From positions 102,824 to 166,823 of IMG/VR virus record IMGVR_UViG_3300028596_000009: a stretch of 64,000 nt of DNA, one strand, 5' to 3'. The notes below the pieces were generated by a model. It was not told the DNA's origin. It made no database searches and worked only from the letters and a program-made list of their open reading frames with translations. This DNA is from a virus. The translations under genes and the position numbers were made by a program. Each line of letters begins with the position of its first letter. The first letter of the stretch is position 1. Shown here piece by piece: positions 18,257-28,497 of the stretch.

Positions 18257-18951
18257 GGCGTCTTCCCCTTCCAGCTCTTGTCGGCTTCCATGCGGCGTAC
18301 GGAGATCATCTTCCTGATCTGCCTTCCGTACTTCACTTCCATCACGTGCCTACGGGACTCTTCGACCAGGTCGGCGTTCTCTTCGAGGATGGAGGACAGG
18401 GAAAGGTACCCCTTGGCGGAACGGTCGATCGAGTGGTCCGAGGCGTCCGCCAGAAGGAGATCACGAGCAGCCTGCCGGGCCTGAGCCACGGGAGACGCGG
18501 ACAGCGCCCTGGCGGCTCGCATCCCCCCTCCGCCGATCTCGGTGGAGATGTCGAAGACCGCCTTCATCATCGTTTCCGTGTCGGCCAGCTTCATGCTCCT
18601 GGCCTCCTCCATGAGCGTGTGGCCCACCTGGTCCAACAGGTTCCTGACGGCCCGCCCACGATCCACCTGACGGTTCTGCACACTTCGCAGACCGGCCATC
18701 TTGCTCTTCATCAGACCGGCTTCCGCCGCATGATTCATCACGTGGAACTCGACGGCTTCCATGTCCGATTCGACGCCGAAAGTGAGCTGGGCGTCAGCGA
18801 TGGCATGGATCGGCATGTAGTGGAGGTGCTTGCCGTTGGGTTCCTCGTCCCACGGAGGGTCGTACTCAAGAATCAGGCAGGAAAGCTTGGGGATCCCGTC
18901 CATGGTGAGTGCGGTGTCATTCAGTTCGGCTGACTTGAAAACTATGTCCAT
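18253..18951 (-). CDS. Hypothetical late protein
   Basis: ATG 8 nt after the tail gene stop; codon bias. Confidence 0.7.
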   Translation of the reverse strand: MDIVFKSAELNDTALTMDGIPKLSCLILEYDPPWDEEPNGKHLHYMPIHAIADAQLTFGVESDMEAVEFHVMNHAAEAGLMKSKMAGLRSVQNRQVDRGRAVRNLLDQVGHTLMEEARSMKLADTETMMKAVFDISTEIGGGGMRAARALSASPVAQARQAARDLLLADASDHSIDRSAKGYLSLSSILEENADLVEESRRHVMEVKYGRQIRKMISVRRMEADKSWKGKTP

Positions 18952-18958
18952 GGCATCC

Positions 18959-21900
18959 CTAAATGTCGTAGGAACCACGGAAGCAAAGGAACTGAACCGC
19001 CTCCGTATCCGCGTTCTGCCTCCAGGAGAACCCGGAAGAGGAAAGTGTATAGTAATTCGCATACATCGGTGTCGTCGTACTGACAGCATTCGGGCTCACC
19101 ATCGGACGGTACGACCAACCGTTATTCAGCGACCACGTCACTGTGCCGTTTCGCTGGGTGGCTACCGTAGCTACCGCGATAGCCCGGAAAACCCCGTAGT
19201 TGTCGTTCAGCTCCGAGCCGTGAGGCATGGTCCCCTCAAGCAGAAGCTCGTTGCCGGTGTCGCCCCAACTGATGCTGGCAACCACCGAACTGTCGACCCA
19301 CTCCTTGTAGATGGCCATACCGCCACCGGTCTTGAAGTTCAGGTCGACGCGGCCCGTGCTGTTCCGGGTGATCTCCGGCCCCACGATGCCGAACGAGTAC
19401 GGCGTCCACCCTCCCGTACCGGCGCCGTCGGCGGCGAAGATGTTGGTGTCCTGGTCGCCGGGGCCCGGGGTGTCGATACGGATACCGGCCTGGCCCAGGT
19501 AGTTGGCGCTCTGGCTGATGACGACTCGCGGCACACCGGAGGCCGGAACCGTGGTCTGGTAGACCGAGCCGGTGATCGTGTGCTTGACCGTCAGTGCGTC
19601 CGCCTTGATCTGAGTCGCCGTCACCGAGTCGGCAGCCAGCAGCGGCGTGTTGATCATGCCGTCGCCGATGTAGACCGACGACTCCTGCCAGATCGAGAAC
19701 TCGGACAGCCGCACCACGTTTCCGGCCGGGACGTTCGTCCACTGCGTCCAACCGTAAAGGGCGACAGCAGCCGTGTTCGCCGGAGGGCTGACGCCCGCCC
19801 CGGTGCTGGTGGTGATGATGGCGTCCTGGTTCGGGGCGGTGTAGTTCGTCGTACCGATGATGGCCAGGTTGCTGATCTGGTTTCCCGCGCGGTCGAAGAA
19901 CTTGGCGAAGAGCTGAACGGCCAGCGTCGCACCCACCGGCCATGCGGCAGCCGCCGGGATCTCCACACGCATACGGGCCTTCAGGCCGCCTACCACCTGA
20001 GATCCGTTACGGGTGAGCTGCTGAAGCTGTCCGATGTTCACACCGGTGAGGGTGTTGCCCAGCGGAAGCGACAGGATCGTGTTGTTCAGCAGAGAGAAAC
20101 GGGCGGTCTGCGTGGTGGTCAGCGGCCCCTTCGTGCCGACGGCCTTGCCGCCCGAGACCGACCACGTGATGTCCGACGAGGAAGTGCCTGAGAGCGCCGA
20201 GGTGGCCACACGGAAGGCGTTCAGGTCCGGGTCTCGGAGCTGCGGGTCGGCAACCAGGTTGTTCGTCTCACCGATCGACAGGCGGTCGACCGTCAGCGAG
20301 TACGCCTTGATCTTCTCGGCGGTGATCGTACCGGCGGCAATGTTGTTCGCCGTGATCGAGTTGGCCTCGATGTCCGGGCCGACAACGCCGACGACAACGA
20401 TGCTGGAGACGTCGGACACCGTGGTCGAGTCGTTGCCCGCCGTGTCGTAGGCGGTGAACCGGAAGTACAGGGTGTCGCCGATGCCCCAGTTGAGCTGGGC
20501 GTCCTCACCGGTGACGATAACCGCGCTGCCCGGCTCGAAGATCTCTCCGATCCTGGTGAACGGACCGGCGCCCGACAACGACATCTCGACCTGGATCGAG
20601 GCAAACCGTGCGGGCATCGGCTGACCGGCCGAGTCGTTGCCGTCCCACTCGACCTTCACCGTGGACAGGCGGCTGGACAGCACAGGGTCCGACGGCTTGG
20701 GCATGCCCGTGGTGGGCCACGCCATGACGGCCGAGACCTCGTTGCTGTACTCGCCGACACGACCGCCCAGGCCGATGGCCGCCACACCGAAGTAGTACGT
20801 CTCGCCGGAGTCGAGGTTGTTGATGTGGCCGACGATCCTGTTGCCCGGCGTCGCGTTCAGCGGGTGGCGGACCGAGTTGCTCAGCGACATGTCCTCGGGC
20901 GACGAAGCGGGCCGGGCATAGAAGCTGTACCTGGCCATGCCCATGCTGTTGCCGTCGACATCGACGAAGACCGGGTCGAACTCGACCCTCGCCCGCGCCT
21001 TCGGCTCACCGGCCGGATTGAAGTACCCCGTGGACGTGACCACGAGGTTCCCCGGGATGCTCGGCTCCTGGTTGGTCGGGTCCGGCTGGGGGATGGGGAT
21101 CGGGTTGGTGCCGCCGCCACCGCCAGCTCCAGGCCCTCCCTGTCCCGTGACACGGTTGACCCACCGCTCGTTGCGCATCTGGCGTTCGAGGAAGCGGTCG
21201 TTCAGGGTGAGGTGGATGACCATGCCGGTCGGCTCGGTGCCTGCCAGCGTGATCTGGTACACCCGAAGAGGTTCGAGCTGATTGCCGTTCTCGGTGCGCC
21301 CTCGGATCACGTCACCGGGGCGGTAGTCGTAGAAGGGCACAGGAAGGCCCTCACGCCAGGTGATCTGCTTCGTGATCATCATGCGCGGCTGGCTGCGGGA
21401 CGACAGCACATAGGCGCCCACCTGAGCCATGGTGGAAAGGTCGGAAACACCACCGGCCTGCATGAGATCCTCCCACTCGCCCCACGGCGGATCGGGAGAA
21501 AGCGGCGGCATCTCCACCACCCGGCTGATGCCCTTGTCGCCCTGCACAATGATCGTGCGGGTGTAGTCCTCCAGTGTCCGGTCCACCGGCTCTTCGAGGT
21601 GCGAGGCGGTCGGGTGCAGGATGACACCGCCGCTGTCTATCGCGAGGTTCCGGCGCAGCTCGGTGTTCGGGCGGTACAACTCCAGGGTGCGGCCCAGCAT
21701 GCGCCAGTCGGCCAGCCCCTGAGAAGTGAGGGCGTCGAGGATCGACCAGGCGTCCTGCCCGTACTCGTACTCGACGGTGTAGGTGTCGTCCCAGGGAATG
21801 CCTGCGGAGTCCTCGGTGGGGCCGAAGTTGTACGCCAGCCCGGGAATGTTGCCCCGGAGCTTCGACTCCTCGATCAGGGCGCTCAGCGCGTCACCCGGCG

Positions 21901-22294
21901 TGGTGTTGGCGAACCGGCGCCGGTTCTCCTTGTTCACCAGGGCCTTGTTGGTGAACCTGACCTTCTTCAGCATCCAGCCGTACGACGGCATCGTGTACGT
22001 GACGTGGCCCGGCCGGATCATCAGGTCGTGCTGGCGGCGCAGGTTCAGGAAACGGAATCCGGTCTGCTCGCCGTACCCTCCGGTGACCGGATTGCGCAGC
22101 CGGAAAACCACCTCGCACGGCTGCTCCAGCAGCTCGATGCTGGGCGAGTCTTTCGGGTAGACCATCGTCAGTGACGACATGTCGTTGATCGGGACGGAAA
22201 TCTCCCACGAAAGCGGGTGGGGTATGGAACCCCTCAGGTCACCGTTCGGCTCATAGACCTGGAACCTTCCGATGAGACTGTTCTGTGCCGCCAT
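18959..22294 (-). CDS. Minor tail protein (Tal/hub with FN3-like domains and receptor-binding C-terminus)
   Basis: Follows Dit; hub-like N-terminus, FN3 motifs (YYFGVAA, YFRFTAYDTAGN), ITANNIAAGTITAEKI repeat. Confidence 0.85.
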   Translation of the reverse strand: MAAQNSLIGRFQVYEPNGDLRGSIPHPLSWEISVPINDMSSLTMVYPKDSPSIELLEQPCEVVFRLRNPVTGGYGEQTGFRFLNLRRQHDLMIRPGHVTYTMPSYGWMLKKVRFTNKALVNKENRRRFANTTPGDALSALIEESKLRGNIPGLAYNFGPTEDSAGIPWDDTYTVEYEYGQDAWSILDALTSQGLADWRMLGRTLELYRPNTELRRNLAIDSGGVILHPTASHLEEPVDRTLEDYTRTIIVQGDKGISRVVEMPPLSPDPPWGEWEDLMQAGGVSDLSTMAQVGAYVLSSRSQPRMMITKQITWREGLPVPFYDYRPGDVIRGRTENGNQLEPLRVYQITLAGTEPTGMVIHLTLNDRFLERQMRNERWVNRVTGQGGPGAGGGGGTNPIPIPQPDPTNQEPSIPGNLVVTSTGYFNPAGEPKARARVEFDPVFVDVDGNSMGMARYSFYARPASSPEDMSLSNSVRHPLNATPGNRIVGHINNLDSGETYYFGVAAIGLGGRVGEYSNEVSAVMAWPTTGMPKPSDPVLSSRLSTVKVEWDGNDSAGQPMPARFASIQVEMSLSGAGPFTRIGEIFEPGSAVIVTGEDAQLNWGIGDTLYFRFTAYDTAGNDSTTVSDVSSIVVVGVVGPDIEANSITANNIAAGTITAEKIKAYSLTVDRLSIGETNNLVADPQLRDPDLNAFRVATSALSGTSSSDITWSVSGGKAVGTKGPLTTTQTARFSLLNNTILSLPLGNTLTGVNIGQLQQLTRNGSQVVGGLKARMRVEIPAAAAWPVGATLAVQLFAKFFDRAGNQISNLAIIGTTNYTAPNQDAIITTSTGAGVSPPANTAAVALYGWTQWTNVPAGNVVRLSEFSIWQESSVYIGDGMINTPLLAADSVTATQIKADALTVKHTITGSVYQTTVPASGVPRVVISQSANYLGQAGIRIDTPGPGDQDTNIFAADGAGTGGWTPYSFGIVGPEITRNSTGRVDLNFKTGGGMAIYKEWVDSSVVASISWGDTGNELLLEGTMPHGSELNDNYGVFRAIAVATVATQRNGTVTWSLNNGWSYRPMVSPNAVSTTTPMYANYYTLSSSGFSWRQNADTEAVQFLCFRGSYDI

Positions 22295-22295
22295 C

Positions 22296-23135
22296 TCACA
22301 CCACCGCTGCTCGGGCTCGAATCACCACAGGTCCGGCTGTTTCCGTGGAGACGATCTGAACCTGAGAAGTCACCGTCAAACTGGATCCGCCCGACCTGGA
22401 GGTAATCGTAAACGGACCGAGATCGGTGAACACCATTCGACTGGAAACGTTGGTCCCGGTGAAGGTCCACACAGGGGAAGTGACGATGTGTGCTATCAGG
22501 TTGTAGGGGTCCATCAGAAGGTACTGTCCGGACGGAACCGTCAGACTTCCCTTGGTCCAGTTGACCGCCGTGTTGGACACCACGTCCCTGACCGTGATCG
22601 ACCCGACCGGTCCCGGCACACGGATCAGGGAATCGACGATGGGGGCCGTGGTGGAAAGCCCCACGTTGGACGTCGTGGTGTTGTTGATGGCGAAGCCCTG
22701 CTCGACATAGGGGCCACGCCAGGAGCCGCCGGGAATGTTGAAGATGATCTGCACATCGGCACGGTTGGTCGAGCAGAAGAAGTCCGGCGAAGTCGTCGAC
22801 ACGAGCTGCCCGTCGGCCGTCTCGGTGTTCGTCCCACGGACCCTGGTCAGTTCGACCGGCTGATTGTTGCCCATGCCGAACGCGCCGGTCAGGCTGTTCC
22901 ACAGACCCCGCAGATCGTTCGCGTCGTCGCCCTGCACACGGACCTTCAGACCCAGCGTGATGGCCGACATCGGATCGTCCCACTTCGGGATCTGGTAATG
23001 CGTAGCAGGAATCTCCACGACCGCCCGGCGCGGAGCCAGGGCAGGGGCGTACTCCGTCTCCTTCAGGAGCCAGATGCCCCGCGTCTGCGTCGTGCCGGGG
23101 ATCGTAAAGCCGTTCAGGCCGTACTGCGTAGACAC
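22296..23135 (-). CDS. Distal tail protein (Dit-like)
   Basis: Directly after the tape measure gene, 279 aa, beta-rich. Confidence 0.75.
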   Translation of the reverse strand: MSTQYGLNGFTIPGTTQTRGIWLLKETEYAPALAPRRAVVEIPATHYQIPKWDDPMSAITLGLKVRVQGDDANDLRGLWNSLTGAFGMGNNQPVELTRVRGTNTETADGQLVSTTSPDFFCSTNRADVQIIFNIPGGSWRGPYVEQGFAINNTTTSNVGLSTTAPIVDSLIRVPGPVGSITVRDVVSNTAVNWTKGSLTVPSGQYLLMDPYNLIAHIVTSPVWTFTGTNVSSRMVFTDLGPFTITSRSGGSSLTVTSQVQIVSTETAGPVVIRARAAVV

Positions 23136-23148
23136 GGCTCTCCTTTCC

Positions 23149-26100
23149 TCAGACTCCGTTCAGCGTCGCAGCGTACGCCAGGGACCGGTTGATGGTGGTG
23201 CTGGTGGGCTCTGCCTGCGGGTACTGGTTGTTCACGGTGATACGAGTACCGGCACCACCGCCGATCATCGCGATCCGGGGCACCTGACTGTTCGCGGGCA
23301 TCCGCTGGATCATGCCGCTGCCGGACTGCATCTGCCGCAGGCTGACCTTCCGGACGTTGACACTGCCGCCCGAGGCGAACTGCGGGTAGCCGTAGCCCCT
23401 GCCGTACCTGCCGGAGTTGATCGCCTCCAGCAGCGCGCCGAACCGACTGGCCTGCTTGGCGTTGATGACGAACTCGCCGTCGGACAGCATCGCCGGGATC
23501 GAGTCGGACGTGCCCGTACCAGGACCCGCGATCCAGCCACCGGTGGCTGCTTCCATCGTCGAGGGCGGGCTGTTCTTCTGGTAGTAGTAGTAGCCGACCG
23601 AGACCGTCGCTGACCTGGTCAGGTTCGCCTGGATCGTCTCGCCCGTGCTCCAACTGTTCTGGCGCATCTGCTGAAGGTCGCTGTCGAAAGCGCTCTGGTT
23701 GACCTCCGGTGTCGGGTCCATCCAGCCGTTCAGACGGTCGCGCCACTTGCCCGTCCACTCGCGCAGCTTGTTCAGGCCCTGCTGGAACACGTCCGGGTAG
23801 ACGTTCGGAGTGCCCGTGGGCGACAGGCCGCTCTTCGTCTGCTGCGACTGTGCGATCCCCTTCAGCAGCTCCAGCACACGCAGGTACTCAGCGGGGTCAA
23901 GCTTTCCGTTGCCGTCCGCATCGAAGTCGCCCGCCTCGCCCCTCGCCTTGGCCAGGGTGTTCAGGGCGTCCATCGTGGTCTCGAACTGCTCGGTGGTGAG
24001 CTTCGCCTCGGCCTTCGGGTCGAGCGCGCCGGAGCCGACGACCAGGGTGACCAGCTCCTCCAGCTTGGTCATCTCGGTGGTGTACTGCTCAGTGGTCAGC
24101 TTGCCCTCGGCGTTCAGGTCGAGCGCGTCGCTCGCGTTGAGCAGGTTGACCTGTGCCTCCAGGCGGGCCACGGCAGCGGCGTACTCGGCATCGTCCAGGG
24201 TGGCGTCGCCGTTCAGGTCGAACGCGCCGACGGCGTTCTGTGCCTTTACCCAGTCGGCCAACTGGCTTGCCTCACCGGTGTACAGCGCGGTGACCAGCTC
24301 GGCAGCCGCCTTGATGTCCAGAGCGCCGGACTGCACCAGGCTCAGGGCGTACGTCTGAAGCTTCGTGGCGTCGCCCCGGAACTTCTCCAGGTCGAGTGCG
24401 ATCTCCTTGGTGATGACGTCCTTGGAGATCAGGTCGCCGAGGGTCTCCAGCGCCTTTGTGGCCTTCTGCACAGAGCCGCCGGGCTTCATCGCCTGGTCGA
24501 GCGCGTTGGCCGTGGCGTCGGCGAAGAGCTGGCCGGTCTCAGCGCCCTTTCCGGCAATGGCGACCTGCCCCTTGGTCACCGCAGCACCGAATGCCTCCTG
24601 ACCCTGCTTTCCGTACGCGCTCATCTGGGCGATGAAGTCTGCCTTCTCCTTGTCGCCCAGCTTCAGAGCCTGCGCCAGCATGGGGGCGGCGTCGATACCC
24701 ATGTCGCGGAACGCACTGGCCACGGCCGGGGAAAGCTCATTGACCGCGCGAACCAGGTTCTTCTCCCAGTCCCTGGTGACAGTGAGCTGGTCCTTGATCG
24801 CCTGACTGAACGCATCGAACGACTTGGTCATCGCTTCAATGTTGATCTTCCCTGCCCGGAATGCGGCAACGAAGCTGTCGGCACTCTCAAACTCGATCGC
24901 CTCGAAACCGGCCTGAAGGGCGCGCATGGGATCCAGCGAAGCGCCGATGGCACTGGCCATGGCCGTGATGTCGGTGGACAGCGACGAGGCGTTCGAGTCA
25001 GCTTCGTCCAGACTGTTGGCCAGCTCCTCGGCATCGCCCGAAGCCTTGGCGGCCGAGTCGCCGAAGAGAAGGTTGGTGGCGGCCGACTTCTGTAGGTTGC
25101 CCTCGAAGAGGTTGAGGGACTCGGCGATGAGAGCGATGGCGGCCTTCTCTTCCGCGAGCCCCCTCATCTCCTTGTCGAACTGGTCGATGTCGACGATCCC
25201 GCGACCCTTGAGATCCTGCATCTTCTGGTCGATCTCGTCCAGCTCACCCTGGAGGATCTTCGCCGCGTCCTCAGGATTCTCCAGCGCAGACGTCATGGCC
25301 TGCTGAAGTTCGAGCGAGCTGTTGTTCAGCGCCCTCATGGCGCCTTCGGTCTTGAAGATCTCGTTGGTCATCACGGACTGCCGGACCGTGTTCTCCAGCA
25401 TGGCCTGAGCATCGTCCTCAAGAACGATCTTGTGCTCACTGAGGGCATTCGTGACCTGGTCGATGGTCTTCTGCGCCTCGTCCCACTCAGCCACATAGGC
25501 GCGAGCACGCTTGGCCGCGTCGTCCGTACCCTTCGCCTGCTCCCTCAGGGCCTCGATGGTTCCGAACAGAGCGGTGATGCGCGTCTGCTCGGCCTCGGCG
25601 TTCTTGCGGCGCTGCTCGGCGGACTTCCGCTCCTCCGCACTCAGGTCGGCGGCGGCAATGGTGAGTTCCCGGATGACACCGCCACCCTCCTTGGCCGCCG
25701 CCGTGTCGGCCGCGATGGCGTCACCGAGGGCCGTCAAGCCACCCGCCGCCTCGAAGCCCGCCTGCGCGGCATCCCGGATGGCCGTGTCCGCCTTGGTGAA
25801 CTCCTGGTACAGCGTCACGATGCCCGTGATGATCGCGCCGACGGCAATCGCGGAGAACGCCGCACCGAGCAGGGTCACACCACCGGCTGCCGCACGGGCA
25901 GCGACACCGACAGCGCTGAGGCGGGCCGCCATGCCGGTCGTGGAGACGTTGCCGACTGCGGCAAGGCGCTGAGTGGCGGCAGACGCTTCATTAGTGGCTA
26001 CGATGTACCGCTGCGTCGCCGAGGTCATGCGAGCCTGCTGAGTCGCCATGCGCTGGCCATCGGATATGAGGGCCTGGCCTGCGGCGGCGCGGTCGCGAAT

Positions 26101-28497
26101 CGCTTGAATTTCCTGACGAGCTGCATTCACGCCGTTAAGAGCGGTGCGCTGCTGAACCAAGGCATTCGCCTGTGCCGCGCGAGCCTGGTCATTGAAAGCA
26201 GAAATGGATTCGCGACGTGTACGAGCTTCCTCACGAGCCGCCTGAATGTTGCCCAGATAGCTGCGCTGAAGGTTGCTGTTCGACCTGGCGGCCTGATTCG
26301 AACTGTCCCGGTAGGCCCGCATGATGTTGGTCAGCGACAAGCTCTGCACACCGAGACGCTGCTGAGTCTCACGCATGGCGACCATGCTGCGCAGCGTCTG
26401 GAAGGCAGCCATACGAAGAGCGGCCAGAGCGGCGGCGAATCCAAGGACAGCGACAGATCCGGTGGCGAAGTACTTGAAGACGGCAGGCAGCTCCTGGAAG
26501 CCCTCGATCAAGTCCGTGGTGAAGGAGGCTATGTCACCGAGGACAATGATGATTTCCTTGCCGACGCCCGCCAGGAAGGTACCGAAGGCGTCGATCATGT
26601 TGTCGATCTTGACGCGGGCGGTGTCGTACAGGATCGCCGTCTGGTCGGCCAGCTCGGAGTTCTTCGAGAACGCGATCGTGGCGATGTTCGTCTGGTCCGC
26701 AAGCGTGTCGAAGTTCGACGCCAGACGCGAGATGAACTCGATGTCACGGACCGCGCCCACGCCGAGAGAGCGCAGCACATTGGCCACCGATGCGGTCGCC
26801 TCTTCGGCCGACTTGGTGGTGTCCGTGTACTTGCCCATGCCCTGGACGAACTGGCGGAAGAACTCGCCCGGGTCGGTCGACCTGAGGTTCTTGATCTCCT
26901 CCGCCGTCAGGCCCATGACGTCGGTCAGGATGCCCAGCTCGGCGCCCGACGACTTCACCGCGTCGTCCAGCTCACGGAAGATACGGGTCGTCGTACCACG
27001 CGACCACTCGGGCGGCACACGCAGAGAGGCCAGCGCACCGGCCAGGCCGCCAATGTCCTGAGTCGTCAGGCCGAACATCGTCGAGGACGTCGAGATGGCC
27101 TGCGTGACCTTCAGGATCTCGTCCTCAGTCGCGGCCGACGCGGTACCGACCGCGAGAACCATCGACGCGAAGTTGCCCATCTGCTGCGTCGGCAGGTTCT
27201 GCATGTTGCCGATACGGCCGAACAGCACAGCCACCTGATCGGACGCGATGCCGGTGGTGACCGAGAACCGGATGACCGTACGCGAGAACTGCTGGAGCTG
27301 CTCGGTTGCCACACCGGTCTGCGCGGCGAGCTGACCAACCTTCGCCACGTCCTCGAAGCTGATCGGCTCCGTGGTCGCCAGTTCCTCGAACTGCCTCTTG
27401 AGGTTCTCCGACTCGGCCCCGGTCACCTTCGTAACGCGAGCGAGCTGAGCGAACGCCGATTCGTGGCTGATGGCGGCGCCGACCACACTCTCCACCGCGC
27501 TGGTCGCCGTCTGCGACATGCGCCGGTACGCCGTCTCCAGCTCTGACAGATCCTGACGCAGAATGTTTCCGGCCGCGCCGCCCTCCCGGAGGCGCTGATT
27601 CAACGTCTGCTGAGCCCGAGCGGAAGCCTGCTGCGCGTTGGCAAGAGCCACTAGGGCTCGCTGGACCGCCTGAGCTGCCTGAGCCGCCTGCCGCTGAGCC
27701 TGGACAGCGAAGGTCGAACCACGGGTCTGCGCCTGCTGAGCTATCTGAGCGGTCCGCGCGGCGTTCTGCTGAGCAAGCGCAAGAGCACGAGTTGCCTGAG
27801 TCAGTCGCTGATCCGTCGCCGTGAGCTGAGCACCCGTACGGTTCGCATTGGCCTGTGCCGTGGCCACCTGACTGGCGGACGAGGCAACCCGCTGATTCGA
27901 CTGAGCCTGAGAGTTCGCCGCATTCGCCTGCGCCTGTGCCGTCTTCAGCTTGGCCTGGGCAAGACGCTCCTCGGCAATGGCCTGATCGGTGATCGCCTTC
28001 TTCGCCCGGTCCCGCTCCTTGGCCTCCGCCGCCTGAGCCTGCGTACCACGCTGCGTCGCCGCCGACATCTGGTTCTGCGCAGTCGCCATCCGCTGGAGAA
28101 CGGTGGCCATCTGGGTGTAGAGCGAGAGGGTGCGCTGAAGCCGCTGGTGCTCCTTCTCACCCATACCGCGCATGGTGGCCATGACCTTCGCCAGCTTCTC
28201 GAAGGTCTTCTCCATGGCCTTGGTGCCATTGACCGAGCTGCTCTGCGCCTTACCCAGCGCCGTGACCATCGACGCGTAACTGCGGACGACGCCGATCATC
28301 TTCTGGTAGACGCCGAGAGCCCGGTTCAACTCCCCGGCCTGCGTCTTGTTGACCTGTCCGACGTGCTGGAGCGTCTTGTTCAGATTCTTGAAGATCTGCT
28401 CCATCGAGCCACCAGCCTTGGTGACCTGCTGAGCACCCTGAGAGAACGCCCTCAGGTCCAGGCTGATCCTGGCTACAGCGTCGAACTGGCTGGCCAC
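23149..28497 (-). CDS. Tape measure protein
   Basis: 1782 aa, Ala-rich helical, TP901-like core, TM segments, C-terminal GPGTGTSDSIPAMLSDGEFV motif. Confidence 0.95.
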   Translation of the reverse strand: MASQFDAVARISLDLRAFSQGAQQVTKAGGSMEQIFKNLNKTLQHVGQVNKTQAGELNRALGVYQKMIGVVRSYASMVTALGKAQSSSVNGTKAMEKTFEKLAKVMATMRGMGEKEHQRLQRTLSLYTQMATVLQRMATAQNQMSAATQRGTQAQAAEAKERDRAKKAITDQAIAEERLAQAKLKTAQAQANAANSQAQSNQRVASSASQVATAQANANRTGAQLTATDQRLTQATRALALAQQNAARTAQIAQQAQTRGSTFAVQAQRQAAQAAQAVQRALVALANAQQASARAQQTLNQRLREGGAAGNILRQDLSELETAYRRMSQTATSAVESVVGAAISHESAFAQLARVTKVTGAESENLKRQFEELATTEPISFEDVAKVGQLAAQTGVATEQLQQFSRTVIRFSVTTGIASDQVAVLFGRIGNMQNLPTQQMGNFASMVLAVGTASAATEDEILKVTQAISTSSTMFGLTTQDIGGLAGALASLRVPPEWSRGTTTRIFRELDDAVKSSGAELGILTDVMGLTAEEIKNLRSTDPGEFFRQFVQGMGKYTDTTKSAEEATASVANVLRSLGVGAVRDIEFISRLASNFDTLADQTNIATIAFSKNSELADQTAILYDTARVKIDNMIDAFGTFLAGVGKEIIIVLGDIASFTTDLIEGFQELPAVFKYFATGSVAVLGFAAALAALRMAAFQTLRSMVAMRETQQRLGVQSLSLTNIMRAYRDSSNQAARSNSNLQRSYLGNIQAAREEARTRRESISAFNDQARAAQANALVQQRTALNGVNAARQEIQAIRDRAAAGQALISDGQRMATQQARMTSATQRYIVATNEASAATQRLAAVGNVSTTGMAARLSAVGVAARAAAGGVTLLGAAFSAIAVGAIITGIVTLYQEFTKADTAIRDAAQAGFEAAGGLTALGDAIAADTAAAKEGGGVIRELTIAAADLSAEERKSAEQRRKNAEAEQTRITALFGTIEALREQAKGTDDAAKRARAYVAEWDEAQKTIDQVTNALSEHKIVLEDDAQAMLENTVRQSVMTNEIFKTEGAMRALNNSSLELQQAMTSALENPEDAAKILQGELDEIDQKMQDLKGRGIVDIDQFDKEMRGLAEEKAAIALIAESLNLFEGNLQKSAATNLLFGDSAAKASGDAEELANSLDEADSNASSLSTDITAMASAIGASLDPMRALQAGFEAIEFESADSFVAAFRAGKINIEAMTKSFDAFSQAIKDQLTVTRDWEKNLVRAVNELSPAVASAFRDMGIDAAPMLAQALKLGDKEKADFIAQMSAYGKQGQEAFGAAVTKGQVAIAGKGAETGQLFADATANALDQAMKPGGSVQKATKALETLGDLISKDVITKEIALDLEKFRGDATKLQTYALSLVQSGALDIKAAAELVTALYTGEASQLADWVKAQNAVGAFDLNGDATLDDAEYAAAVARLEAQVNLLNASDALDLNAEGKLTTEQYTTEMTKLEELVTLVVGSGALDPKAEAKLTTEQFETTMDALNTLAKARGEAGDFDADGNGKLDPAEYLRVLELLKGIAQSQQTKSGLSPTGTPNVYPDVFQQGLNKLREWTGKWRDRLNGWMDPTPEVNQSAFDSDLQQMRQNSWSTGETIQANLTRSATVSVGYYYYQKNSPPSTMEAATGGWIAGPGTGTSDSIPAMLSDGEFVINAKQASRFGALLEAINSGRYGRGYGYPQFASGGSVNVRKVSLRQMQSGSGMIQRMPANSQVPRIAMIGGGAGTRITVNNQYPQAEPTSTTINRSLAYAATLNGV

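Noticed and set aside
25432-27546. 704-aa plus-strand ORF and other long antisense ORFs (e.g. 36510-38969, 42481-44682, 49692-51665)
   Set aside because: Shadow frames of high-GC3 genes on the opposite strand; no RBS or recognisable motifs
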